Shown here piece after piece: positions 24,088 through 36,806 of a DNA stretch of 64,000 bases. Under the pieces are notes generated by a model. The model was not told the DNA's origin. It ran no database searches and saw only the letters and a list, made by a program, of their open reading frames with translations. A program made the translations under genes and the position numbers. Within the stretch, counting starts at the first letter, position 1. Every line of letters starts with the position of its first letter. This DNA comes from Dudresnaya verticillata (taxonomy: Eukaryota). The stretch covers positions 2,604,001 through 2,668,000 of the forward strand of contig OZ374562.1 of assembly GCA_977862235.1 (NCBI GenBank). Reading direction: 5' to 3'.

Positions 24088-25056
24088 TGGCTGACAACCG
24101 GAGACTCGGCAGGTGAAGCCCTCGGAGCTTTAAGTAGCGTTTGTTGTCCTCTTGTAATCATTGCACGAAAGAATAGACTGGGCCAATGAAGTAGATACTG
24201 TTTAGAGTACGTCTTTCATCAGTAAGGGGTACAGTGTATATTTGTGGCCGTATGGCCCAACTGCTTCAAGCTCTCATTATGAGCAACATTAACAGGAACC
24301 GTCAAAGTACCATGGAACGGTTCAATCTTTATTGTTTTCCGTTCTGCTCTTCAAGCACTGTGGCAACAGAACAGTCACTGTGCTGTGAAACGGTTCACCC
24401 TTTATTATCTACCGTTAATAATCTTCAAGCACTCTCTCAATAGATACAGTCTTCTGCCTGTGCACTGGTTGCGTCATGAAAGCATTGTATTGCTTCAAGA
24501 ATTTGTAGAGTTCTAGCTTTATTCAAACAGTACTCTATCTACAAATTACCGTTCGTAGAAGTAGATGCATAGGTTTAAGCTCGTGTCTCTAGTGACACAG
24601 CGGAGCTCGAACTCCATAAGTGGGACAACATTCTATCATCATGTCTGAATCGCGGCATCACATGATCAACCAATTCAACAATTGACACACTACGAACTTT
24701 TACAGCTTTCCCTCCGAACCTTTTCCATATCATTTACCTTGTTCCTCCCTCACCTTTTTAATACAGATGCCTCGATTTGGAAACTATTACGGCCCACCGT
24801 ATTTCTCTCTTCCCTCCTATCACTGATTGGGAAAACAGAAACTTTAATGGACGAGACAAGGGCGTATTGTAGCACGAAATAAGATGGATCCTCTGAACGA
24901 TTGTTTATTCAAACGATATACCTACTAACCATGGAGCTACAAGCAGTGATGACTTGGAATATGAAAACAGAGATATCCTGCGTCCACCGCGACTGACATG
25001 TTCGGCTGTTCTTTCCAACATATCCATGAGTCCTCATGCCAAATAGCACCTTCGCT

Positions 25057-25467
25057 TTACGGGAACGGAAGCCTGGGCACCTGCGGGCTGCAAACTTCGA
25101 TCAGAGAATTCGCCTCCCCGAACAGCCAAAAGATGTTGACTGTACCGTTCTGCTTGTACTTGTTGCACGTGTGACCAGAGCTCCTGATGAACGCCTCAGG
25201 GAACGACTGCAGACACGTTTGCCGTCCAGCTGCTAGCTCAGCCTCGGGAATGTAGTTGAACAGAGGGCTGCGTGTGAAGTTTAGGAAGCACACACACAGC
25301 GCAGTATCAATTGAGGACTGACGAGTGCATAGTTCGGGGAGGCGAATTGAGGACTTGGGGAAATTGGAAGACTGGGAGGTCGGGCTTGCAGCCGTGAGGG
25401 TTCCCATGGCGAGGGCAGAGAAGAAAAAGAAGAAACCGACAAGAACAGTGGCGGATTTCAAAGACAT
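25057..25467 (-). CDS. Small secreted 6-Cys protein (136 aa), paralogue 1
   Basis: Signal peptide, Ser-rich propeptide, six Cys; near-identical intact paralogue at 27684-28094. TATAAA on the minus strand at ~25579-25584. Confidence 0.85.
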   Translation of the reverse strand: MSLKSATVLVGFFFFFSALAMGTLTAASPTSQSSNFPKSSIRLPELCTRQSSIDTALCVCFLNFTRSPLFNYIPEAELAAGRQTCLQSFPEAFIRSSGHTCNKYKQNGTVNIFWLFGEANSLIEVCSPQVPRLPFP

Positions 25468-27683
25468 TTTTCTGGGTGGTACGGATTGGCAGGGTAGACT
25501 GCGTTGATTAAAGATCGGGAAGTTGTAGTGAGTGTTGGCGGATTCCTAGGCACGGGGCGGGGGTGGCTAGGGTATGAATTTATACCATATCTTGCATACT
25601 GCCCTGGCCTTTCCAACCACCCCGAACAACCCAAACTGCAACATCGACGACACACGCTGCCTATGTCAGCTACTGTGCCAGATAAGGCAACCATGCAGTT
25701 TCAGAGGGGCACTAACTGATGACTGAACCACAATGACAGTGATCCAGAAATTCTAACGAGCCCCTCCTGCGGTAAACCTCACGCAGAACCAGTTAACTTT
25801 ATCCCACGTTGGGTAGCGAGTTCCTCATAGGTGCTAGCAGTAGCAAGAGGACTAGAAACTATCTAAATCTTGGGCTAAAGATGCATCATGAGCATACTGT
25901 GGTCAAGGACTTGGAGAATCACTACGAGAGAGCGGTTAACTCGGCAACTGTGAGTCGTCCATGTGCTTATCTTTTGACCGTCCTGGTCTGCTTGGCCTGC
26001 AGACTGGTAGAAAACAGTTGAAGCAAACGTTTTTTGGGACATTGCAGCTGGCAACATTCCAGTTGCTTTCTCTTTACATTCATGTCGCGAACGCTACACT
26101 ACTGCTACGATGCCCGTTCGATGACATGTAAAAGTGTAGCAAGGATGGGATACCTAATAGACTCCTAGCTCTGGAAATATGTTTTGACACAATATCTTGA
26201 GGTCATTGATTCCTTTTTTCGTTTAGCTGACACAACTATTCTTTTGAACGATTCAAAACCGAGACCGAAACCGAGACCCAAAAACGTTGTTCTGATATGA
26301 TATCTATTGGCAGAATTTCAGCTCAGCTCAGCTCTGACATCGGAACATCAAATCTTACTCACAAACTCGCTCTCCGCCTCTCCAACGAGTCCTAGTTTCT
26401 TAGGCCCCATTATTTCTTAAAACGTTGCCTTTCTCTTATATGTTTACTTTACGTTTCCTTTGCTGCCTGAAACCATGCATTGACAGTGCTGTAGCACCAA
26501 ACGACCATCAGTGAAAGGGCAATCTTTGTCCCTAAATGTACGGATGTTGCGCTTTGACGTTCCATATCAAATTCTATCTGGTGGTTCGGGCTGGGGTCTT
26601 CTCTCTTACGCGCATCCCTGGGAAACGCTCATAGAAAAGTTAATAATGTTTTAGACTCCCTTTAAAACTGAGAAGTATTGGTATATAATCTGGACAGCCC
26701 TGCCCAATAGCGCTCATGACACTACATTGAGGAAGGCAACAGTCCAACAGATTTCTGCCAGCTCACCTGACAATATTCCAGACTGCAAAAATTACACGAG
26801 AAATTCAAGACGCTCCATTGAATGTGGAATATCCTGCTCGTTTAGATTAGATTCAGAAGGGAGAGGGAAGTTTATTCCAGTCTACAGAGTGACACGGAGG
26901 GGGGGAGGCATCACTTTAACCAAGGCGTAAAAGGGGACGGGCCCGCGGAAAGGGCCTATTACTACCAGAACGCAAAACGGCAGAGGGGAGTGGGGGAAAC
27001 CTTTTGACGATTAACCCAATAGCAGCTCAGGGCAGGCAGAGTCCTGAAATCCATGTTGATCATGTTAAGAGATCACTTCGTTTTGCCAACACAATAAAGT
27101 GCGACTGATCACCATAATCACTTTGTGGTGTTCCTCCTCCAAAGAACACATACAGTACCGGAGTGAAAATAGATACAAAAAGTGCCTAATACGAGGCAAC
27201 GCTGCCTGCGTGGGACACTCTAAACTACTATAAAATGCGGAACACAACTCCACATGATTCAAAACATGTTTAGTCACGTGATTCAGATATATTCTACTTC
27301 GCCTTCGAGTATCTATGAGGAAACTCACTACCCAGCATGGAGCAATGTCAACCCGTTCTGCGAGAGGTTGACCGCAGGAGGGGCTCGTTAGAATTTCTGG
27401 ATCACTGCCATTGTGGCTCTGTCTTCAGCTAATGCCCCTCTGAAACTGCATGGTTGCCTTATCTGGCACAGTAGCTGACATAGCGTGTGCAGTCGGTGTT
27501 GCAGTTTGGGGGGTTCGGGGTGGTTGGAAAGGCCAGGGTAGTATGCAAGATATGGTATAAATTCATACCCTAATCACCCCCGCCCCGTGTCTAGGAATCC
27601 ACAAACACTCACTACAACTTCCCGGTCTTTATTCAACACAGTGTGACAGCTGTCTACCCTTCCAATCCATACCACCCAGCAAG

Positions 27684-28094
27684 ATGTCTATGAAATCCGC
27701 CAGTGTTCTTGTCGCTTTCTGCTCCTGCTTCTCTGCCCTCACCATGGGCACCCTCACGGCTGCAAGCCCGACTTCCCAGTCTTCCAATATCTCCAAGTCC
27801 TCAGTTCGCCTCCCCGAACTGTGCACTCTTCAGTCCTCAATTGATACTGCGATGTGCGTGTGCTTCCTTAACTTCACACGAAGCCCTCTGTTCAACTACA
27901 TTCCCGAGGCTGAGCTCGCAGCTGGACGGCAGACGTGTCTGCAGTCGTTCCCTGAGGCGTTCATCAGGAGCTCTGGTCACACGTGCAACACGTACAAGCG
28001 GAACGGTACTGTCAACATCTTTTGGTTATTCGGGGAGGCGAATGCTCTAATCGAAGTTTGCAGCCCGCAGGTGCCCAGACTTCCGTTCCCATAA
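27684..28094 (+). CDS. Small secreted 6-Cys protein (136 aa), paralogue 2
   Basis: Same architecture as paralogue 1; TATAAA at ~27556. Confidence 0.85.
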   Translation: MSMKSASVLVAFCSCFSALTMGTLTAASPTSQSSNISKSSVRLPELCTLQSSIDTAMCVCFLNFTRSPLFNYIPEAELAAGRQTCLQSFPEAFIRSSGHTCNTYKRNGTVNIFWLFGEANALIEVCSPQVPRLPFP

Positions 28095-30193
28095 AATGGA
28101 GTAAGCGATATAATCAGCTGATGTGGAGGATCGAATGTACTTCGACCTGGTCATTGAAAGTTGGTTAGAGTCCAACCGTTGGGAAGAACATTATGAAGTC
28201 TTACGCTGTGAAAGCACGAGTTGTACGATATTCATGTTCCTCGCTCTGTTTTGCTTGTTTTGTTTTGTTTTCCATGCTAATACTTAGATCTTTCAAATAA
28301 AAGCCCTTTAGTGAATCGATCTTGGTACTAGAGGAAGCTGGTATCATTAATGATAATGGTATCGTAGAAAAATAAGGTGGGTCATCCTAGTTCCCAAAAC
28401 AAGAAAGCCTCCTCCCCAAAAACTACACAGTGTATAGTTTTTCCTCTTTTGGTTCTTACTCTTCCGTCGATACGATGTTGTGCCGGTTTCGTGCTCAGAG
28501 CCACTCTGTCTACTGAGGTGAGAGTAAACTGTATTGAGATGGTTGTTTTAAGTATGTTAGTATTCATTATGTTCGCATCAGTAACAAAGGGCTGTGCGCG
28601 AAGTCACTATGGCTGTGTAGCTATTAATTATGTGGGGGAAAGGAGAGTTGCGTTTGAAGGCATGGTAGTCGAGATGGCGCATATTCCAGATAGCAGAAGC
28701 AACTTGGCGCTGAAGTCGCAAAGGCTGTGTGCTTTAATGCGGTAATCCTTCGCACGCTACAAGGTTTATATCCTCTTGTAGGTATTTATTTGCTGGGGAA
28801 CGCCGCGCTGGCGCAATACATCTCCGTCGGTATGGGACCGGTTACCGCTTCACTTCTGCAACAACCACAAAGAGTTTTTCGAGAGTGACCCAATGGTGTG
28901 AGAAAATGCAATGGACACTCGCAAATGTGATATTATTGAATACCTCGCTCGACTCGAGTCTTAGCTGAGAGGCAAAGTGCGGGGCGCCAGATATTATCGC
29001 TCCGTTGGGGCTTAAATTTACTGGAGACCGGATAGGCACGATCGCTGCTTCGGGGCTCATTGGATGGCCAATCAGGAATGGGCTCCGGCAGTCCCTAAAG
29101 GTGTCTAATTGGTTGGCTGCGAGTGGGTGTGGAGGGTGTTCGTGTGAAGAGCGGCTTGTTCCCAAATCTGAAGCTTTGCCTCTACCAAGTTGCGCTGCGT
29201 GCTGCAAGCCAGAATTGTTGATGTTTTTCACACATTTTCGGGACGATCGGAGTCCGCCATGCTCTTCTCGAGAAAACATGGCTAGGCTACCATCTTGGAG
29301 TCATTCTGTAGCAGCACAGACAAGTCGAAAAACAACCGCAGGGCAACTGTGCTGAAACGCATGATGCAGCCAATCAACAAGAACGGCAGAGTGATTTGGA
29401 AGAAACAGCCAAGCACCAATGGCGGTGCGCCTCACGCCGAGCTCCGGTGGTGGCGGTTTGAGAATGCGCCGCGCTGTAGTAGGCTCACAAACCGCGGTAA
29501 ACTTTACTTCTACTGCCCTAAACGAGAGGAGGGAACCGCTGCGAGCGGCGCTAAGTCGCCCCCCACACGGTAGAAATGCGGTGACAGAGCGCGAGGCGGC
29601 GGCGTTATTGATGATAGCTTGGCATCGCAATAGCTGTGAGTAAAATCGAGGCATGAGAGAGCACGACGCTCGATGAATGCTTCAATAACAGCTAGCAGCC
29701 ATAATTCTGGACTATGTATTCAGTAGACTTCAGGTCGAAAGTCTACATTCCGCCCGCGGAGGCGGACGCGTGTTGCAGTGGTTCCCCACTGCGTCGTTGA
29801 TTCCGGGAAAGTTGTTTGCCCATTCGTCGCATGGATCCGGCTGGACCGTCGATAGATTAGGAGGGTATGCCTGTCTACCGTTTACAGCAGGGATATCTAG
29901 GTGGTAGGGTGTGTGTCATATGGGCCTTGAAGTCGCCAGCGTAACCGCACTCGTTAAACACTTAAACACCACATTCGCGGTTCAGTTTACAATGCCAGCA
30001 ATACATCTAGCAGGGTAGAAACTCCAAAAGGAACAGCCTATTGAAAACGGTGGTTGTGGGATACGTCAGTACAGTAAAGCACATAACAAATGCAAAGTAA
30101 AAAGCAGCCTCAAACTACCAGCTTCCTTTCTCATCGATCAATGCTCGTCATCATTGTCAAAAGAGACCTTTGATTTGTACCTCTTCATGAGAC

Positions 30194-31798
30194 TCAACAA
30201 TCGATATCCTTCTTCTTAACAGATGCCGGCCAGGCCACAGTGAACGAACTGGAGCAGCTCCGCTGTAGTGAAGTGTTACCGAGGAAGGCTTCTGGGCAAT
30301 AACATGCCTGTCCAAGACGGCATGTTCCGACAGGGCACTTCTGACACTTGCCAGACTGAGAGAGGATACGAGAAAACGTTGGACAACTGTCTGTGATGCC
30401 ACGAATTTTCGTCAGCTCTTTCGCAGACAGTGCACAGCAGCTGACATTGCTAGGCTTATCCTTGGGCTTCTTCTTCGTGTTGCAGCTTCGCCAGTCAAGA
30501 TCTTCCTTCTTAACTGACGGCGGCCATGCTACAGTGAACGAGCTCAAACAGTCTCGCTGTAACGACGAACTACCGAGGAAGGCTTCTGGGCAGTAACAAG
30601 AATATCCAACCCGACACGTACCAACTGGACACTTCTGGCATTTGGATGCAAGAGATAGAATTCTTGAAAAGGTTGGACAACTGTTTGTGATACCTCGGAT
30701 CTTAGTGAGTTGCTTTGCGGACATAGAGCAGCAGCTTTCTCCGCTAGGTTTGACCTTCGGCTTCTTCTTTGTGTTGCAACTTCGCCAGTCAAGATCTTCC
30801 TTCTTAACTGATGGCGGCCATGCCACAGTGAACGAGCTCAAGCAGTCCCGCTGTAATGACGAACTACCGAGGAAGGCTTCGGGACAGTAACAAGAATACC
30901 CAATCCGACATGTTCCAACTGGACACTTTTGGCATTTCGTCACAAGAGATAGAACTCTTGAAAAGGTTGGACAACTGTTTGTGATACCTCGGATCTTAGT
31001 GAGTTGCTTTGCGGACATAGAGCAGCAGCTTTCTCCGCTAGGTTTGACCTTCGGCTTCTTCTTTGTGTTGCAACTTCGCCAGTCAAGATCTTCCTTCTTA
31101 ACTGATGGCGGCCAAACCACAGTGTACGAGCTCAAGCAGTCCCGCTGTAACGACGAACTACCGAGGAAGGCTTCGGGACAGTAACAAGAATACCCAATCC
31201 GACATGTTCCAACTGGACACTTTTGGCATTTCGTCACAAGAGATAGAACTCTTGAAAAGGTTGGGCAACTGTCTGTGATACCTCGAATCTTAGTGAGTTG
31301 CGTTGCGGACATAGAGCAGCAGCTTTCTCCGCTAGGTTTGACCTTCGGCTTCTTCTTTGTGTTGCAGCTTCGCCAGTCAAGATCTTCCTTCTTAACTGAC
31401 GCGGGCCAAACCACAGTGTACGAGCTCAAGCAGTCTCGCTGTAGTGACGAGCTACCGAGAAAGGCGTCTGGGCAGTAACAAGAATACCCAACCCGACACG
31501 TACCAACTGGACATTTCTGGCACTTTGTTACGAGAGAAAGGATTCGTGCAAAGCTTGGGCATTTGTCGGACCCACCTTGTAGGGCCTTCAACGATTTTGA
31601 GGGTAGAGAGCAGCAGCTAATCCCACTCGGTTTGGGTTTCGACATGTGATCAGAGAAGGTAGCCGCCAAGGGCTGCGACTGAACTTGATGAGCAGCAGTG
31701 GTAGAGGCATGACGAGAAATTTGCCGAGTCTGGGTGCTTGCCAAGGACTTGGCGACCATCGACGAAAGCAAGACGGACAGAAGGAAGAACAGCTTCAT
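30194..31798 (-). CDS. Secreted cysteine-rich protein with five tandem 98-aa repeats (534 aa)
   Basis: Signal peptide MKLFFLLSVLLSSMVAKSLA; 294-bp repeat units, 10 Cys each (SCC..SCP..KCQKCPVGTCR.GYSCYCP..DC..SC); ORF intact. Confidence 0.9.
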   Translation of the reverse strand: MKLFFLLSVLLSSMVAKSLASTQTRQISRHASTTAAHQVQSQPLAATFSDHMSKPKPSGISCCSLPSKSLKALQGGSDKCPSFARILSLVTKCQKCPVGTCRVGYSCYCPDAFLGSSSLQRDCLSSYTVVWPASVKKEDLDWRSCNTKKKPKVKPSGESCCSMSATQLTKIRGITDSCPTFSRVLSLVTKCQKCPVGTCRIGYSCYCPEAFLGSSSLQRDCLSSYTVVWPPSVKKEDLDWRSCNTKKKPKVKPSGESCCSMSAKQLTKIRGITNSCPTFSRVLSLVTKCQKCPVGTCRIGYSCYCPEAFLGSSSLQRDCLSSFTVAWPPSVKKEDLDWRSCNTKKKPKVKPSGESCCSMSAKQLTKIRGITNSCPTFSRILSLASKCQKCPVGTCRVGYSCYCPEAFLGSSSLQRDCLSSFTVAWPPSVKKEDLDWRSCNTKKKPKDKPSNVSCCALSAKELTKIRGITDSCPTFSRILSQSGKCQKCPVGTCRLGQACYCPEAFLGNTSLQRSCSSSFTVAWPASVKKKDIDC

Positions 31799-32066
31799 TG
31801 TGAGCGGCGGTCACAAATGTGCGTGTTGTGCTGAGATCTGCTGATGGGCTCACTACTCGTCCGGGCGGAGTGGGACGGGATATTTGTAGAGCATTTTCAT
31901 TCCGGAAATGGCAACAGGCGACGCCACATTGACACCTACCTCGAAGGTTTACAATATACTGTAACAGCGTGCAAAAACGGTCTCCATTTGTGAACGGCCG
32001 GCGGAGGCGTTGAGCAGTGTTGCACTGTTGTACTGAACCTTTGGTAAAGGTACATGGTAAAGGTAG

Positions 32067-32121
32067 GCATGCCACGTGAACAGAGGTTAAGGATACGGTA
32101 CGCATGCCACGTGAATAGAGG
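32067..32121. promoter_or_regulatory. Duplicated 20-bp motif containing a G-box (CACGTG), upstream of the 534-aa gene
   Basis: gcatgccacgtgaa(c/t)agagg at 32067-32086 and 32102-32121. Confidence 0.35.
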
Positions 32122-32940
32122 CAAACGATTCAAGCACCATTGAGCACGATGTAGTGTCATGGCAGCTGTACACGTGCAGTCAGTCCATAACAACTAAAAG
32201 ATTTCAACGAAGCGCAAGCAACTTTTTTGCTCTTTTCAGGGATGCTGTTGTGGAATCCGGAATTAATAGATTTTCTTACTACTGCCGTGACGCTTCGCAA
32301 CATTCGCATTTTACAGCGACCTCATCGAGATGGACTACAATGGCCGGCAGTGGAAAAACTCAAAGGAGGAGTCCAGAACCTTGATCTTTGCTGTCAATTT
32401 GACCACGGTTTTGCAGGTGGCATGCTGGTGCTGTGGACAGCAGCCATGTTCCATTCTTGTGATGTACCGACGAACATTCCTATGCCGCAGATTCTGCGGC
32501 AGCCTGCATTCCGACCCTGCTCAAGTGGGTCCCATTGAGTTGAACTTCGGAGGTGGGAAGTGCAAAGCTTCACGTTTCAGCTTGACTCGTCCCGGAAAGA
32601 GTTTTCTCATACTAATGCAAGAATAGGACGCACCACATTTTTGAACCTGCAGCTCGAGCATTTACAATACTGCTAAGATTAAGGTGCTTTCCCATTGCCA
32701 TGTTGCCGCCAAGGATGTGATCGGGAGAGGTTATCCCGGACGCTAGTCAGGATTTTGAAGACGGTCGTGTCGACTGGACAGTATGCGATGCATAGGAGGT
32801 TGTAATTCCAACATATTTCAAGACGCTCCATCTATTAGCTTCTTTGCAAGGGTGTCGCTTAACATACTTGGGAGGCACTTACTTTGTACTCTGCTCTTTA
32901 AAGGTCTGAATAATCATCTCATTTTTGGAGTATGAGTGTC

Positions 32941-33102
32941 TGAGAACCCACGTCACCTCTCTCGTACATCAATTTTTCGACGTGGCTGTTAACCGCCGTA
33001 CGATAACTGTACACTCTTCAACCGTCGCCTTTCACATGATATTTAGTTGGGCCCCCTTAAGGGGCTAAGTCTTTCCTACGCATAAAAGTCAATCATCTCA
33101 TC
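32941..33102 (+). mobile_element. 3'-end fragment of a CRE-like non-LTR retrotransposon
   Basis: Reverse-complement homologue of 39809-39972 and 48593-48870 (gtggctgttaaccgccg...agtctttccta.gcataaa.gtc). Confidence 0.7.
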
Positions 33103-33499
33103 AAATCTTTCTGATACACTTTTTGACCAAGGTCGTGTAACGCGTCGTCTCGCAGCCCTCGTACATCCGGAAGCGTCATAAATTTAAGCACCAAACAAGG
33201 CTCCGAAGAAACAGACCCTACGTGATGGTGCACCCTTATTGGCTGTTTCCTTCACAATGGTTCCTCTCGGAGAAAATGGTGTGTGCGAGATGCACAAGTC
33301 TTCCTGTCTGCCGAAAATCCATTCGCTCTGCTGACCATAGTCTTTGCCCTCGCGCGCGAACCGAACTCCGTCGTGAGGGGCAGAGCTGCTCACGAAAATG
33401 TAAAATACTCACCTAGTGCAAGAGCTAACCGACCTTCACACCCAACAACAACCCAACTCGAACACTCTCACTCCCATCGAAGCATCCACGCAGAACATC

Positions 33500-33898
33500 A
33501 TGGAGCCTCTCACTTCCGGATTAAGCCACGTCGGTATCACAATACCCGATCTTGAGAAGACGGTTTCCTTCTTCGAGGCCGTGGGCTTCAAGCGCACAGG
33601 TGGCCAGGAGGACTACCCGTCGGTCTTCCTCTCAGACGGTAGCACGCTGATCACTGTGTGGAAGGCCAAGGTCGATTCACCAAGTCCGTTTGATCGAACC
33701 GCCAATGTCGGCCTGCACCACCTTGCCGTGAAGGTGCCTTCTTTGGAAGCCCTGCAGAAGATTTATGATATTGTTCAGACCTTTGACTCTGCAAAGATTG
33801 AATTTGCCCCGAGGCCCATTCCTGGGACACCTCTTACGCAGCTCATGTGTTATGAACCTGGGGGCGTCCGGATTGAGTTCACGTATCATGCTGCTTAA
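33500..33898 (+). CDS. VOC / glyoxalase-bleomycin resistance family protein (132 aa)
   Basis: GLSHVGITIPDLEKTVSFF, FDRTANVGLHHLAVKV, IEFAP, YEPGGVRIEF. First ATG at 33500, after an A/C-rich leader. Confidence 0.9.
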   Translation: MEPLTSGLSHVGITIPDLEKTVSFFEAVGFKRTGGQEDYPSVFLSDGSTLITVWKAKVDSPSPFDRTANVGLHHLAVKVPSLEALQKIYDIVQTFDSAKIEFAPRPIPGTPLTQLMCYEPGGVRIEFTYHAA

Positions 33899-36806
33899 GT
33901 TGTCAAGTTGAACCCTAACCAATGACGGGTACCTGACACCCAGAGTCTTCACTGACCGTGCTTCGTCAGCTGTGTGGGCAAACGGAAATATTTACGAGAG
34001 TCACCTTGCGTTTTGCCGAGGCGAGACTCTTCGGTGTCTACCGCCTACTGATAAAAAAAATAGAATAGCGACATACTCCTTACCGATTCTTCTTTATCAC
34101 ACTCAGATTGGAATATATGTTTTTAGATTGCCTCGACCGTAGTAGAGTGAGAAGGGGATCTTAATTCAAACTTTGGATTCTATACTTTCCGTAAGCATTA
34201 TCTTACACCACAAGCATGTATCCTCGAATGTGTTCCAGAGCCAGTAAAGACCATTTGAACGTTTGTTGGTCTTCCGATGCATATGGCCCTCACCCCCAAC
34301 ATGAGAGCAACCTCATTACGGTAACCATCCTGATGTTTTCAGCTCCTTCTCGTGGCACAGTTTGTGTTGCCGTGCTTTCTCAGCAAAAGTGATAGGCTAT
34401 TGTCCTTCAGACCCGTTTAGCGAATGCATGTCGCTTCGGCCTTAACGCAGGGCCTCGTGGGCCTGGAATGGAATGCACAGGATGTGTGGTACCTGTGCAC
34501 TACAAGTGAGGACGAGCACGCCCCTGGAATGCATCGCTTCCGCACTGATAATAGCCGCAATACGCTGCAATGTTCGAGCACTTAATGTCGAGCTGGGTTA
34601 CCATGCCTGTTTGGTCGCTCGAATGCATTCCAACGACTACTCTTGATCGCCCGGCGATATCATTTAGGAACCCTTGACTATGTTCATTGAAAGCCGTTCG
34701 CTGATCGGGTCAGATTACGTAATGAGAAGTTTCCGCGATCTTTCTTATGCGTAAGAAGTTGGTAGGAAACGCCGTTTCCTTCACACCTAAGCACACTTGC
34801 TGGGATGCCACGGCACCTCACTCGCACACTTAAGCCTGGCTGAGGACACAAGCCACAACAAAATCCCTAACGCCGATCTTTACAGCGGCGCGCGTTCGAA
34901 CGGTATGACTGCGACAAGCGCAATACACGCGCAAGCTTGAAGCAAGAAACGCCATTCAAGCACAGCTGCTCATGTGATATTAAACTTTATAAGACGGTTT
35001 TGAGTGCACCAGCTGCTCATGTGCTCCCTAATGGCTACGAATGACCAGAAACAGAACAGGTTGTCGCCCCTAACGTTTCCAACAGGCAGCTCAGCTTCTC
35101 TCTAGTCTCGACACCGCATGAGCTTGGTATGGGTTCCCGGTCGCCTGTGCGCAGCTAGACTCTGGAGCCTGCTCCTGCTAGCGTGATGTAGCACTCTCGA
35201 CACTAGTCAGCCCACCCAATGCACAGGTAAAGCAACCTTCTCGCATTCTGCGAAAGTTACAATCATAACACCAGGGCAAGCTCAAGGTGATAGGGACGAA
35301 GCTGGATCCAGCATAGCTGGTTTGTTGAACCCCATCGCGTTGCTAAACAAACCCGACAGTCACCATTTTGGAGCCATGGGAATACCTGGACCCGGTCAGG
35401 GTGTCCGCAGGGCGCCGCTGTGGACGCTAATGGTGCCGGAGCAACTCTCATCACGTGATTCTTTGTTGTTCGTTAAGGTGATGTCATGTGGGCAACTACT
35501 GTTCATTAGAAAGTGAACCGGAGCTTTTCGCCAGAGTAGCTGCAGTGCAACGCGGAGTGTGCTACGTTCTGAACTTGCGGTGAAAACATTGCCAGGTGCG
35601 TACCACGCTACCATCAACGGCTATCGCTTGAGTTGCTGCCAACCAGCGGAGGCTCACGCTTTTGTAGTTCGATTGAGCTCAATAGAACCCGAATGGTTAA
35701 ACGGTTACGTCAGAGCGGCCACGGAGGATTTTTTGTATCTAAGATAACAGGGACGGACGGGATCGCCAAAAGGCACACAGTTTGGAGACAGTTCAGGCAT
35801 GCAGCTGGCGGTTCGCAAACCTCTCTATGGATTTAGCGTAGTTGCGAGGATTGGCAGATATCTAAAACTTAAAACTACCGTACAGTATCACCAAAGCATC
35901 CCCAGTATTCAAAGGCCAAAGATGTTGTGAGCGCTTCCCACCCACGTGGAACTTTGGCGGGTGACCGCTTCTGCGTGTGATCCCATTTTCAAGCAAGGCC
36001 CGCCTTCGATTAGTGCTGCGTCGACGTAGGCCATCCGAAGCATTACACTCGCCCGCGCCGCCAGCACTCGAGCCGCATTTTCTCTTTTTCGACGGTTCCC
36101 CTTCTTTCGTATTCACTAGCGCCCTTCGAACCCTACAATAGAGCTCCCCATCTCTCTCCGTATTCATTGTTTCTGTTTTGGTGGGACCCTCCGTCCCCCG
36201 CACAATAATGTCATCCATGATTCCGATTTTCTTTCTGTCGTTAACACTCCAGGTGTCACTACTCGTGCGAGCCGTGATAGGAGATTCGACTGACCGTTTT
36301 TGTTGGTGTTACAACATTGTTGTCTCTTGGAAAATAAGTCTATCGTTCGAGTGCCACAGGCATTGTCCTGTTTCGATGAGAATCGTTAATATCGTTAACT
36401 CTTTTCCGTCTCCTCCGCGAGAGCCTGATACTATTTATTAATCTCAACATACAGTCAAACTATGAACGACTGCTCTCGTGACAGAAATATTTTAAGTTGT
36501 ATCCCAGCTGGAGTTTTACGATTAGATACGGCTGTAGTTTAGGTTAGTATATGTGTATCCTGCATGTATAGGATATCGCAGCTTGATGTCCTATATGAGT
36601 TCCAACTGTAGCACTGTATTCTCTGCACTATTGCACCGACTTGCTACGTAGTTGTGAAGCGGTATATAACCCCTATCTAAAAGGGCAAACGAGACTCGTG
36701 CTCGAAGCCAGCTGTTGTACCAAGTTCTACGACATTATAGCACACTAGCTGCTACACATTCGACCTGTTCGACTCTGCAATATCATCAAGTACCCCTACT
36801 ATCTTT

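Larger units (their letters stand above)
25057..28094. repeat. Inverted duplication, arms ~25057-25830 and ~27313-28094
   Basis: CDS plus ~370 bp of upstream sequence are reverse-complement matches; ~1.5-kb unique spacer. Confidence 0.9.
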
